Origin: Peribolospora baueri
Lineage: Eukaryota
Assembly (NCBI GenBank): GCA_029717555.1
Contig: JAMDHS010000012.1
Coordinates: 310,001-338,064, forward strand
DNA: 28,064 nucleotides
Direction of reading: 5' to 3'
Below the pieces are notes generated by a model. It worked only from the letters and a program-made list of their open reading frames with translations, ran no database searches and had not been told where the DNA came from. Below, one piece after another: positions 1 through 10,729 of this stretch. A program made the position numbers and the translations under genes. Each line of letters opens with the position of its first letter. Position 1 is the first letter of the stretch.

Positions 1-3000
1 CCACCAACATGGTCTGGAAAGGAGGAGGGAGTTCGAATGGAGGCTCTGCCGTGGACTCCTGTCGTGGAGGGGTCGGCTTCGAAGCATCCGGTTGTGTTCA
101 CGCAGGACGGGAAGTGAGTACAGGCTCGCGTGCCAGAATAAGTCTTGTCAAATCATTTCTCCTTGAACCGCGCGCCTTACAGTTCACTCCCAATTGTAAC
201 ACAGCTACTTTTTTGTCGCCGTGTCGTCCTCCGTCAAGATCCACTCTCGTGCCACAGGACAGGTTGTGTCGACCTTGTCTTCCAGTCCTGAGTCGACAAC
301 GTCTGGCGACACTCCGAAGAGCCGGGGACGGACCGGAGCAATCATAGGCCTTCTTTTGAACCCTTTTAATCCCCTTCAGCTTATCACGGCCTCGTTGGAC
401 GGTACAGTCAAAGTGTGGGATTACCTGGATGCCGTCCTTCTCAAGAGTATCTCGGTGGGATACGGCATTACCCATATCGCTGCACACTCCAGGCACAAGA
501 ATTATGTTTTTGTGGCTGTTCGAAAACCTGCGGCATCGTCTGCCCGAGCTTCTACAAGCGGCGCAGCGACAGGCCCGGGTAAGCACAGCTGCCTTCTCTT
601 ATCATGCGCAGCATATGCTGATCTGTGTGCCTTCTGTACCCCTCCTATCCGCAGCTCGCATTAATTCCGTCATCTTCCGCATCTCTCTAGACACCTTCCA
701 GCCCAAAGATGGCTCGAAGCCCACTGTTTCTGTCGCGCAACCACCGCGCGAACTTGTTCGCGTCGGTAAGACTCGCGAGGCAACAGGCATGCACATTTCA
801 GCTGACGGAGAGTGGCTCGTCGCCATCGGTGGTAGCAAGGTCCATGTCGCCCGCTTGTCGGCCATCCGGGACGGTTTTACGAAATACGTATCATCCGACC
901 GACTCGTTTCCCTCGCTTTCCACCCTCATGACAACACCTTCGCCACCGGCGACGAAAAGGGCCAGATCCGTATGTGGTACCTTCTGGAAGATGGGACGGT
1001 GGAGAGTGTCGAAGGAGGAAAGGGCGCTGGGATGGAGAAGCGCGTGCCGACTACTACGCTGCACTGGCACGCGCACGCGGTCAGCTCGTTGACTTTTACT
1101 TCCAATGGCGCGTACCTGCTCTCCGGCGGAGAAGAGGCCGTGCTGGTGATTTGGCGACTGGGTTCTGCTCAGAAAGAGTTCATTCCTCGTGTCGGAGCTG
1201 CCATCAACTCCATCGCCCTCGCTAGAAGTTCGGAAGGGCGAGAGCAGGAGTATGCTGTGGGCTTGGTGGACGGTAGCACGGTTTTCGTCAGTGCGACGAA
1301 TCTCAAGGTGGTTCGAACCATTTCCCGCGTCAAGATCGGTGAGAACGATTTTCTTGTTCCAATTGCTCGCGCCATACCATTTCCTGAGCCCGCCAGAACT
1401 TTCCGTACTTCACTTCTCCCCAGATCCCTCGCGCAAAAGCTTCAGATTGTCCGGCACGCCGCCAGTGCCGCTCGAAGTTCAACCTTCCACCGGCCATCTC
1501 GTGGTGTCCTCCGGTCATCCGTCGTCGATCCAATTTTTCAACCCTGCGACCGACTCGCTTGCCCTCGAACTCGAAGTCGCTCCGTCCAACCGCGTCTCTC
1601 GTGCCAATGAGAAGCCCATCGAGCCTCCTCGCGTCGAGAGAGTCGTGTTCTCAGGTGGCCAAGGCGACCAGCAGGGTGAGTGGATGGCGACGTTTGACAC
1701 AAGGGACGGAGGCGAGCATTTCACGAGCGAGGCGTATCTCAAGATCTGGCGGTGGGACGCAAACACGAAGACGTAAGTGGCTTTTTGGAAGTATATCTTG
1801 TATATTTGAGAGAAATCGTTCACTAATTCTGTCGACAATTTTTTTTTTCTTTTTTCAGGTATATCCTCAACACCAGGATCGAACGTCCGCACGATGCAGG
1901 TATCACCGCGATGTCCTTCTCGCCTGTCGGCAGCACCGACTCGGACCACTTGCTTGTCACAGCAGGCAAAGACAACAAAGTCAAGACGTGGAGAATCCGC
2001 ACGCAAATGGTCAAAGGCGGAGGGCGCGAGGTTTCTTGGGTCTGTCGGTCCTCCTTCTCCTACCGCGAGCACATGCCGCGGAGCATCGCGTGGGCGCCGG
2101 ACGGCACTCTGATGGCTGTCGCCCAGGGACCTTTCGTCACTCTTTGGGAGCCCGCCACCAACGCGCTCCAACACGTGTTGTCGTGCCCGGAAATCAAGCA
2201 ATCCAACCATGTCACCTTTGCGGGTCAGAATGGCCGCTTCCTCCTCGTCGCTGGACCCAAGACGCTAGTGGCTTGGGATCTGATTGCTTGCTCTGGTACG
2301 TACATGTCCCATTGGATTGTTGCGGTTCATGGTCGTCTGAACAGATGCTAACTCCTTGGTGAGTGGATCTTCGCGCAGTTCAATGGTGCATGGACGTCAG
2401 CACTTCGCATTTGGTAGCGGACCACTCGTCCCGGACGTTCACTCTCCTCACAACTCAGCCGGTCGACGCATCATCCTCCTTGGCCCTCGTATTCGACCCG
2501 GCATCTCCCATTCCGATTGGTCGATACACCATTCCTGCTCGCGTGCGACAAGCCGTCAACGATCCCTTCAAGTCTGCTGCTGGCAGCCACGTCCGGCCGA
2601 ACCTCGTCGTCATCACGGACCGCTACGAGGTCGGCTTTGCGGGCGACGAGAGCCGCCGCGGAGCCATATCTGGCGACAGCGCTCAGAGCGTGCGCACAAC
2701 GTCGATTGCTCGCAAGACGATGTTCGATGACCTGTTCGGCTCGTTCAACGATGACGAAAACATCGCCGCGGCGTCGTCACCGTACGACATGTTCGCCGCC
2801 CAACTCGCTGGCGCCGCGCCGACGTCGACGAGCGCGGCCGTGCACCAACTCTTTGATGCGCCGTCACATGCTCTGCCGCCCGTCACTTCGCTCTGGAAGC
2901 CCTTCATGGACGCCGTCGTACCGCCCCGACCGGCTTTGGAGACGGACGCGGCGGAGACGGGCGAGAAGAAAAATGAGGATGTGGAAGAGGAGGAGGACCG

Positions 3001-3235
3001 GGACGGCGACGCGGTGCCGATGGAAGTCGAAGACGAGCCCTCATCCATCCTGCCTCCCCCCGCCACCTTCACCCAAGACCTTTCCTTCCTCACCGAGCTG
3101 TTCCGGAAGCAGATGCTCGAGAGTGAGTCCAGTCCCCTTTCCCTCTTTCCCCTTACCCTCCTCTCCTTCTCCTTGGGCCGCGTTGACTAAACCTGTTTGA
3201 CGCTCGTCCTCGTTCCAGCCGAAACGACGGCCTAG
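1..3235 (+). CDS. UTP17: U3 snoRNP / SSU processome UTP-A subunit Utp17/Nan1 (WDR75 orthologue), WD40 repeat protein; 5' end probably outside the window
   Basis: Predicted exons <1-113, 205-578, 655-1338, 1424-1772, 1859-2295, 2379-3122, 3219-3235, all GT-AG with consistent phases. Family-typical segments: HPVVFTQDGNYFFVAVSSSVKIHS, TTTLHWHAHAVSSLTFTSNGAYLLSGGEEAVLVIW, LEVAPSNRVSR, YILNTRIERPH, LFDAPSHALPPVTSLW. The last exon is uncertain (alternative acceptor at 3286). Confidence 0.9.
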
Positions 3236-4506
3236 CTAGACCACCGGGCGCTCTTCCTCTTAAGCGCGTCATGACATGTCTTCTAGATCCCCACACGACA
3301 TCTGCAACACAGACGTTGCTGGACAAGGAGACTAAGACGGGAATAGATGGAATGACGTCGCCCGGAAAGGCCATTTTCAATTTTGTGTCTCCGAGAACAA
3401 AAATGAGCGCAACGAACGAAAGAGGAGACGGAGGAAAGGAAACAAAGGCGGAACGAAAACCGACCGGGTCCCGTTCGCCGACGATGGTTTTTTTTTGGGT
3501 GGGGGAAAGAGAAAAATAAAGAAGGGGGGGGAAGGGGTAAGACGGAAAGAAGGTTGCCACTGAGAGGGGGAAGTGGAGGGAACGCTAAACGGACAAGACA
3601 AAAAAAACGAAAAGAAATCAAATGAAATAAAATGCGCCGGCGAGGGGAACGCAGCAGAAGGTGGCACATGCAAAGGGGCGTTCGGTCGGCCAAGACCGGA
3701 GGGAGCCGGCGCGGTTTGGAAGGAGGGAGGGAGAGGAAAGGAAGGCATAAGAGAAGAGGAAAGGATGCGCTAGGAGGAAGGGAAACGCGGACGAACGGGC
3801 AGGCCGGGTCGAGAAAAGAGGCGGACAAGAAGGGGAGAGTGAAGCTAAAGGCGGAAAGATATAGTCATCGAGCTTGGGGCTCGAGGACGGCACGAAAAAA
3901 AAGGGGGGAAGCTGGACAAGACGAGACGAGAGGAAAGGAGATTCTAGCTGGGCTGAGCTTGAACTACAACAGACGAAGCGATCGAGAGATGACGAGGGAG
4001 CGAGAACAAAAATTGAACAAGAAGCAGAAAAGCGTCGGAATGGGAGAAGATAAAGACGAGCAGGCGAGATAAGACGGGACGAGACGGCCAACGGACGGAC
4101 GGACAGACGAACAGCGAGCAGGGGATACGCAGGTACTAGCGGGAGGGACGGAAAGTAGAGTGAAGATGGGAGGGGCATAGTACGCCCACGGAAGGGAGAA
4201 GCGAGCGACAAGAACCGGAAAGAGAGGAGAGGGATGCATAGGGATGGTTAGAAGAAGTTGCTTTTGTGAATGCTGGATGATGACGCGAGCAAGAAAGTGG
4301 AGGGCGGGGAAGGGAAGGGGGGCTCGACCGAGGCCGCTTGGTCGGAGAAAAAGATCGGAAAGAGCCGGACGAATAGGGAGAGTTGCTCATAATGTCAGCG
4401 TATGAGGGAGAGAGAAGTGGATAATCCATGACGATAAAGAACGGCGCCAGCGACTCTGTTCGACGTCGGATGGCCGTCAGACGGGCCGAGACAGACAGAA
4501 GCCGAA

Positions 4507-6274
4507 TCAAGCAGCGACAGCCTGGTCGCTCCTGGCAGCAACAGCTCCCTCGCTCGCCGCCGCAGCGCTGGCAAAGCTCTGCGGAGGGGTAGGAGTTGCA
4601 GTGCTCGATACGCGTTTGTGGGTGGCCGCGTTGGCGGCCTTTTTCGCAGAAGCAGCAGCGGAGCGGTTGTTGGTGACGACCACGAACTCGTCGTCCGATA
4701 CGGCGGTCACGCTCTTGTCCGCATTCGGGCTTTCGGGGCCGGTCATGGTTGAGGAGCCTTCTGAGGAGCGGCGCTCCTTGACGCCGCTCGGGTCAGGAAC
4801 ACGGGATGAGCCTTTGGGAACGCCCTCGGCTTTCTTCGCATCTCCGTCCTCCTGCGTCTGAGATGGCGCAGGCGCGCTTTCAGTGACCTTTTTGGGCGGA
4901 GCAGGCGCCGAGAGGATGGCGGAGAAGTTGGCCTTGGGCGTCACGGCGTTCTGAGCGCCATTGGGAGCTCCGGCCGCAGAGTTGGCGGGAGGAAGGATGC
5001 CAGAAGAGGCGGGGGAGGTTGGGAGCGCGGGAAAGTCGTCACCGTTCGGAACGCGCTGTTGCTGAGGCTGCGCAGCCTTCTTCTGCGCTGTGGCGGTGGA
5101 AGGGCGCGGCGGAACCCCGTTAGACCTGGAGGGGCCCAACCGAGAGCCGTTCATAGGCTTGGAAGCACCGTAGCCGGTCGACCCAGTACTGCCAGCTGGC
5201 GGCGTCGGCCGAGACGCGGGCGCGGAGTGAGAGCGCGGCGCGGCGCCGGGCACCATACGGGGGGCTGGCCTGGGTGTCTCTGTCGCAGAGGTGGGAGTAG
5301 GAGTAGCGGACTTCTCCCGCTCGCTTTCAGGCGCCTCGTTGGCATGGGACGTGAAAGGCTGAGCAGCGCCGTTCAAGGCTGGGGCGGAAGAACCGGATTC
5401 TGTCGTCTTCGCATCTTCCGCGGTAGACGCCTCCTTCACCTCCTTGTGCTGGGACTTGCTCACCCCCTCAGAGACAGGCGGAACGCCGTTTGGAGTGAAG
5501 GTGTTGACAGGCAGCGAAGGCCGGGACCTCGAGCCACGGTGCATGCCTCGACCCGAGCTGGCGAATCCGTACGATGGTCCCGCTTGGGCTGCGACGTGAG
5601 CCGGGTTGCGAGCGTCAGTCCCATCCGGGAGGATGTGCGGGAAGTGACAGTCGTCGCTATTCGCATCAGAAAGAAATCGCAATGTCAGAAATGGCGACCC
5701 TCACGAGATGAGCCATTCACGAGAGACGACGGGCAAAAGTAGTCATCGTGGAGACGAGCCAACTCACCCGTAGCGGCACATGTTCTTGGCGAAAAACGTA
5801 CACGGCGGCTTAGGCTCTCCAGGCCTAGGCCTCGGCCTGCGTCCATCGCCGAGAACTTTCCTAGGGCCGCCCCTCCGCGTGAACGGCTCTCCCCGAGGAT
5901 GAGTAGACATGCTTTGGAGGAGGGCGGCACTGCTGGTGGGCGTGATCGCGCCGGCGGGATGGAAGGCAGGGGCGTGGTGGTGAAGGAAGGAGTTGAACGA
6001 TTGCCGTCGGTGTACCGGCCGGTCTGCTGGAATGAAGCCGTTGGGCGCACCGTGAGCCTGGATGTGGCCACCAGCCGGCGCGGCGTTAGCGAAGTTGGAA
6101 GGAGCACCTGCGGAAGCGGTTTGCTCGGCAGACGAGACGTTGAGAGCACCAGCGTCGACGTTGGACCCTTGCTCGGACGACATCGAGGTCGGATTGGCAG
6201 AAGTGGCGGGGGCGTCCTCACCGGTAGCTGGCGACGTTTGAACGGGGTTAGAAGGCAATTCGGAGGGCTGCTGG

Positions 6275-6306
<32 letters not shown>

Positions 6307-7572
6307 CTGCTGTTGGTGGACGGAGCGGGAAACGTCGTGAAGCTGAGGAGGCACGGGGGCGGTCTGTCCAGGCGGCGGAGAGAAAGCAGCCTCGGGAGAG
6401 AGCTGGTGGTGGGTGATGTGAGAAGGAGAGTGGGGTCCCTGGTGCATGGGCGGGGGAGGGAAGTGGACGGGGATGGGTGCGCCAGCATGTGAATACGAGA
6501 TGGGTGGCATCGGCCCCATGGTATAGTACGCCGGACCATAGTGCGGAGGCTGGGGGGCCATGGAGGGGTGAGGCGGAGCGGCGTGAGGATGGTGTGGGTG
6601 AGCGTGAGGGTGGTGGTGCATCTGCATGTGGTGCATGTGCTGTGCCTCTGGCGACAAGGGCGGAGGGTGGTAGAGCATCGGAGGAGGAATGGTGTTGACC
6701 GGCATACCGCTCTGACCTTGGACGGTAGGGTGCTGGAAGATGCACCTGGGGGAGCCAATGGAAAACGGGATGAGCAAAGAAGCGCGTAGAAAACAAGAAT
6801 GAATGCCTCGGATGGTCGATGCTCACTTGTCACCATAGCGGCAGTTTGGGAAGAACTTGCAAGGGATCATCCGTGCCACCTCTGGGGGAGGCAGGTTGGG
6901 CGGTGCGCTGCCGTCCTTGCCATCCTGCTGGGCGTCCCTGTGCTGGGCGGCGACGGCGGCGCCGACTTGGTGCTGGGAAGGGTCGATGTACCCGTTGGGG
7001 TAGGGGTGCCCGTAGTAAGGGTACGGCTCGCCACCGGGAGGGAAGCCGTACATGACGGCCCCATCGGGGCCAGCGTACGCCATGCCCGGCTGCTCCGCCT
7101 GCGCAGGGTACTCCATGTATCCACCACCGACCTGATGAGCGGTGCCGTGGGACACGCCGTCGACGCCGTTACCCGCCGCCTGGGTGGTGGCCTCCTCCGC
7201 AACGCCAGGGGAAGAAGGACGGTCTGTCACACCGTCCGCACCAGCAGCACCCTGGTCTCCGTTTCCCGCAGCTGCGACAGGGCGGGGGCAAGAAAGGGAA
7301 GGGAGGGTAAGCGAATGAAAACGAAAAGGAGGAGAAGAAAGACGGAGCGATGTATATCCTTCCATCTGTCTGTCTCTCCCTCCGTCCCTCGGTTCCTCTC
7401 TCCTTATCTCTGTCTCTTTCTCTCTCGCTCCCTCTCCCTCTCTCTCTCTCTCTCTATCTCGCTCACTCTTTACGTCGTCGGCGGCCTGCTTGTCCTGTTG
7501 TCCTTGTTCCTGGCTGGGCGGGGTGATGCTGGCCGAGGGGACGGGAGGAGGGTTAGCGGCAGACGGAACCAT
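4507..7572 (-). CDS. Large (~892 aa) low-complexity protein with two CCCH zinc fingers, putative RNA-binding protein
   Basis: Predicted exons 7572-7467, 7271-6827, 6745-5768, 5656-4507. Splicing completes both fingers: [17 protein letters not shown] (C-x5-C-x5-C-x3-H) and [19 protein letters not shown] (C-x7-C-x5-C-x3-H). The rest is Pro/His/Gln/Ala-rich with a Q13 tract. Confidence 0.8.
6268..6315 (-). repeat. CAG/CAA trinucleotide tract encoding polyglutamine (Q13-H-QQ)
   Basis: ctg/ttg triplet run on the + strand inside exon 3 of the CCCH gene. Confidence 0.9.
7405..7460. repeat. Imperfect (CT)n/(GA)n microsatellite in intron 1 of the CCCH gene
   Basis: tctctctctctctctc run and flanking CT-rich sequence seen directly. 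Confidence 0.85.
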
Positions 7573-8098
7573 GACGGGGTGGGGGGTGAGGGTGGAGGAC
7601 GGAGGGGTTGGCTTGGCTTGTTTTCTCGAGCAAAGCCGATGGATGGCTGGCGAGAGGGGACTTGTCTTGTAGACGAGCGACAAGCTGGGCGGGGAGAGAA
7701 AGAAGAGGGGATGGTGATGGTGGTGAGAGGAGAAAGGACGACGACGAGCCGGACTGGTTCACTTTGCGCGACTCGTCTCTCCGCTTTCGCCGGCGTCGGT
7801 CGGTCGACTGTCTGTCTGCGTCGGCTTGCTTGCCCTCGCTGACTTCGCCAGTCCCTCTTTTTCCTTTCTTTTTCCTTCTCCCTGAAAAATCACACCCGGA
7901 ACACGCACGTGGCCCGCTTATTTTTCCGAGTCTGCCAGCCGAGTCGCGTCCCAATCCTGGGTCCCACACCCCGGAGCCGGCCGGAACGGCGCCGGGCACC
8001 CGCGGACCGCACACATACAAGAAAGCGGGCAGGGCAGGGCCCCCCGCGACTCATCATTCCCCCTCCTCCTCCTCTTCTTCTTGGCGTTGCCGCCGCTC

Positions 8099-9218
8099 AT
8101 GTTCGCTCGCACTCTTGCTCGGTCCTCAGCGAGGGTAAGTACACCTTCCCCGTTCTCTGGTAAACGAGAGGAAACACAGAAGAGAGAAGAGAAGGAAGCC
8201 AGCAAGCAAGCAAGCAAGGAAAGACGGATGGATGGCGGGGTGCGGGTTGGAAGGAATGAGTTCGATCACATGAGAGGCGCTTATTACAGTCGCTGACCGA
8301 CTGACTGGCGGTCGGGCTTGACTGACCCCACCTACCGACTCCTGCCGCAACTCCGCGTGCGCACAGCTTGCCACTGCCTCGGTCACTCCCCGCACCACCA
8401 TCTCCCTCGCCGCCCGCCAGCAACCCCGCGCGTTCTCAACGTCCGCTTTCGTCATGGTGAGTGCAGTGAGCTACATCTTCCGGTCGCCCCTCGCCAAGGC
8501 CCAGCCAGCCAGCCAGGCCCCGGTGCACAGCGCATACCCGAAACTATCCCCCGCCAGGGCAGCCAAGGGCCGCAGACTGACGTCTCCTATGTCTTCTTCT
8601 CCCCTCCTCTTCTCCCCGTCTCGCAGAACAAGGTTAGGAAGGAACGCGACACTTTCGGAGACCTCGATGTCCCCGCGGACCGCTACTGGGGCGCCCAGAC
8701 GCAACGGTGAGTGCCGGCCATGGGACCAACCGACTGCGCGTCCATCTCTTGTCCGTCCGCCTCTGCGATACCAGCTGCTCACCCGCTCTTCACCGCACCC
8801 GTCGCTCTCGCTTCACCTCGGCCCCAGGTCCCTCCAAAACTTTGACATCGGCGGCCCAGCGGAGCGAATGCCGCCGCCGCTCATACAGGCGTTCGGCGTG
8901 CTCAAGAAGGCCGCCGCTACCGTCAACATGGGCTACGGGATGGACAAGAGAGTTGGAGAGGCCGTCTGCCAAGCCGCGGATGAGGTGCGTGGATGAAGGA
9001 TGGATGGCTGGGTGCATGGACAGATGCATGGACCGTCCCTGTGGCCGGCTCGGACGTCCTCTTGCGTTATGCTCAGGTCTGGACACAGTCTTGCGGAGCT
9101 GACGAGACCCATCCACCACTCCCCTTCGACGGCCCTCCCTCCACTATAGGTGATCAGCGGTAAGTTGATCGACCACTTCCCTCTCGTCGTCTTCCAAACC
9201 GGCTCTGGCACCCAGACG

Positions 9219-9250
<32 letters not shown>

Positions 9251-10729
9251 GGCCATCGAGATCCTCGGCGGTGAGCTCGGCAGCAAGAAGCCTGTTCACC
9301 CCAACGATCACGTCAACATGAGCCAGTCTTCCAACGACACGTGAGCGCTGCGAGAGCCTGCCGCCCCTCCAAGCTTGCGTGCTGTTGACCGAGGTCGCTC
9401 TCTTTGTACTCCTCCTTGTCGCCTGCCCCGCCAGTTTCCCCACTGCCATGCACGTTGCCGCCGTCACCGAGATCCACCACCGCCTCCTCCCTGCCCTGAA
9501 GACGCTCAGGGATGCTCTGGACGCCAAGCGCCAGGCCTTTGACGACATCATCAAGATCGGCAGGACGCACTTGCAAGTGCGTTCGCCTTTGTCGCCTTCT
9601 TCGGTCTGTAAGCGAAGGGAGCACGTCTGACGCAACGATCGTGTCCCTCGTTCTCCCGCCCGCCTCCCCACAGGACGCCACCCCCTTGACCCTCGGTCAA
9701 GAGTTCTCCGGATACGTGCAGCAGGTCACATTCGCCATCGATCGCGTGAACGCCGTGTTGCCCCGTCTCTCTCTCCTCGCTCAGGGCGGCACCGCTGTTG
9801 GCACGGGTCTGAACACGAAGAAGGGCTTCGACGTCAAGGTGGCCGCCGAGATCTCCAAGATCACCGGCCTCGAGTTCAAGACGGCGCCGAACAAGTTCGA
9901 GGCCCTGGCCGCACACGACGCCATTGTCGAAACGTCAGGCGCGCTCAACACGATTGCCGTGTCGTTCATGAAGATCGCCAACGACATTCGCCTCCTCGGC
10001 TCGGGGCCCCGCTGCGGTTTCGGCGAGCTGGCGCTGCCGGAGAACGAGCCCGGAAGCTCGATCATGCCGGGTAAGGTGAACCCGACTCAGTGTGAGGCGC
10101 TCACAATGGTGGCGGCGCAGGTGATGGGTAACAACACGACCATCTCCGTCGCCGGCGCGAACGGCCACTTTGAGCTCAACGTGTTCAAACCGGTGCTCAT
10201 CAAGAACCTCCTGCAGAGCATCCGCCTGCTCGCCGACGGCGCCAACTCGTTCACCAAGAACTGCGTTGTGGGCATCGAGGCGAACAGGGGGAGGATCAAC
10301 ACCCTCCTAAACGAGTCGCTCATGCTCGCCACCATTTTGAACAGCCACCTCGGCTACGACAGTGCGTGATCATCGCTAGTGGTGTCGACATGAGCCCGCC
10401 GTCGCTGACCTGCCCCCTCGTCTCCTCCCACCCGGTCTTCTCCTTCGCAGACGTGGCAAAGGCGGCGAAGAAGGCGCACCACGAAGGCAAGACGCTCAAA
10501 GCGGCTACCGTCGAGCTCCAGCTCTTGAGTCCGGAGGAGTTCGACTTGAAGGTGAGCCACTTTGGCCCGTGCTCCTCTCAGAGATGCTTCTCTGCACTTT
10601 TTTTTTTTTTTTTTTTTTTTTTTTTCCCTTCCGTGGCGACTCGGTCGGTCCTCACGCTGTCCCCTTTCCTTCTTCGTACAGGTCCGACCCGAGCTGATGC
10701 TCCACCCCGACGAGCCTCCCAAGGCCTAA
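8099..10729 (+). CDS. FUM1: Class II fumarate hydratase (fumarase), ~510 aa, with N-terminal mitochondrial presequence
   Basis: Predicted exons 8099-8134, 8367-8456, 8627-8706, 8828-8984, 9150-9340, 9435-9576, 9674-10361, 10451-10551, 10682-10729. Signatures: [83 protein letters not shown]. Presequence [42 protein letters not shown] is Arg/Ser/Ala-rich with no acidic residues. Confidence 0.97.
10598..10625 (+). repeat. Poly(T)28 homopolymer in the last FUM1 intron
   Basis: Uninterrupted T run between the donor at 10552 and the acceptor at 10681. Confidence 0.9.

Noticed and set aside
3233..3274. UTP17 stop followed by CTAG (TAG CTA G), resembling a readthrough context
   Set aside because: The efficient motif uses TGA, the extension (LDHRALFLLSAS*) has no PTS1 or other signal, and the last exon itself is uncertain.
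3271..4510. ORFs in the purine-rich stretch between UTP17 and the CCCH gene
   Set aside because: Their translations are Phe/Ser/Pro- or Arg/Glu/Gly-rich by-products of strand asymmetry, with no coherent splice structure.
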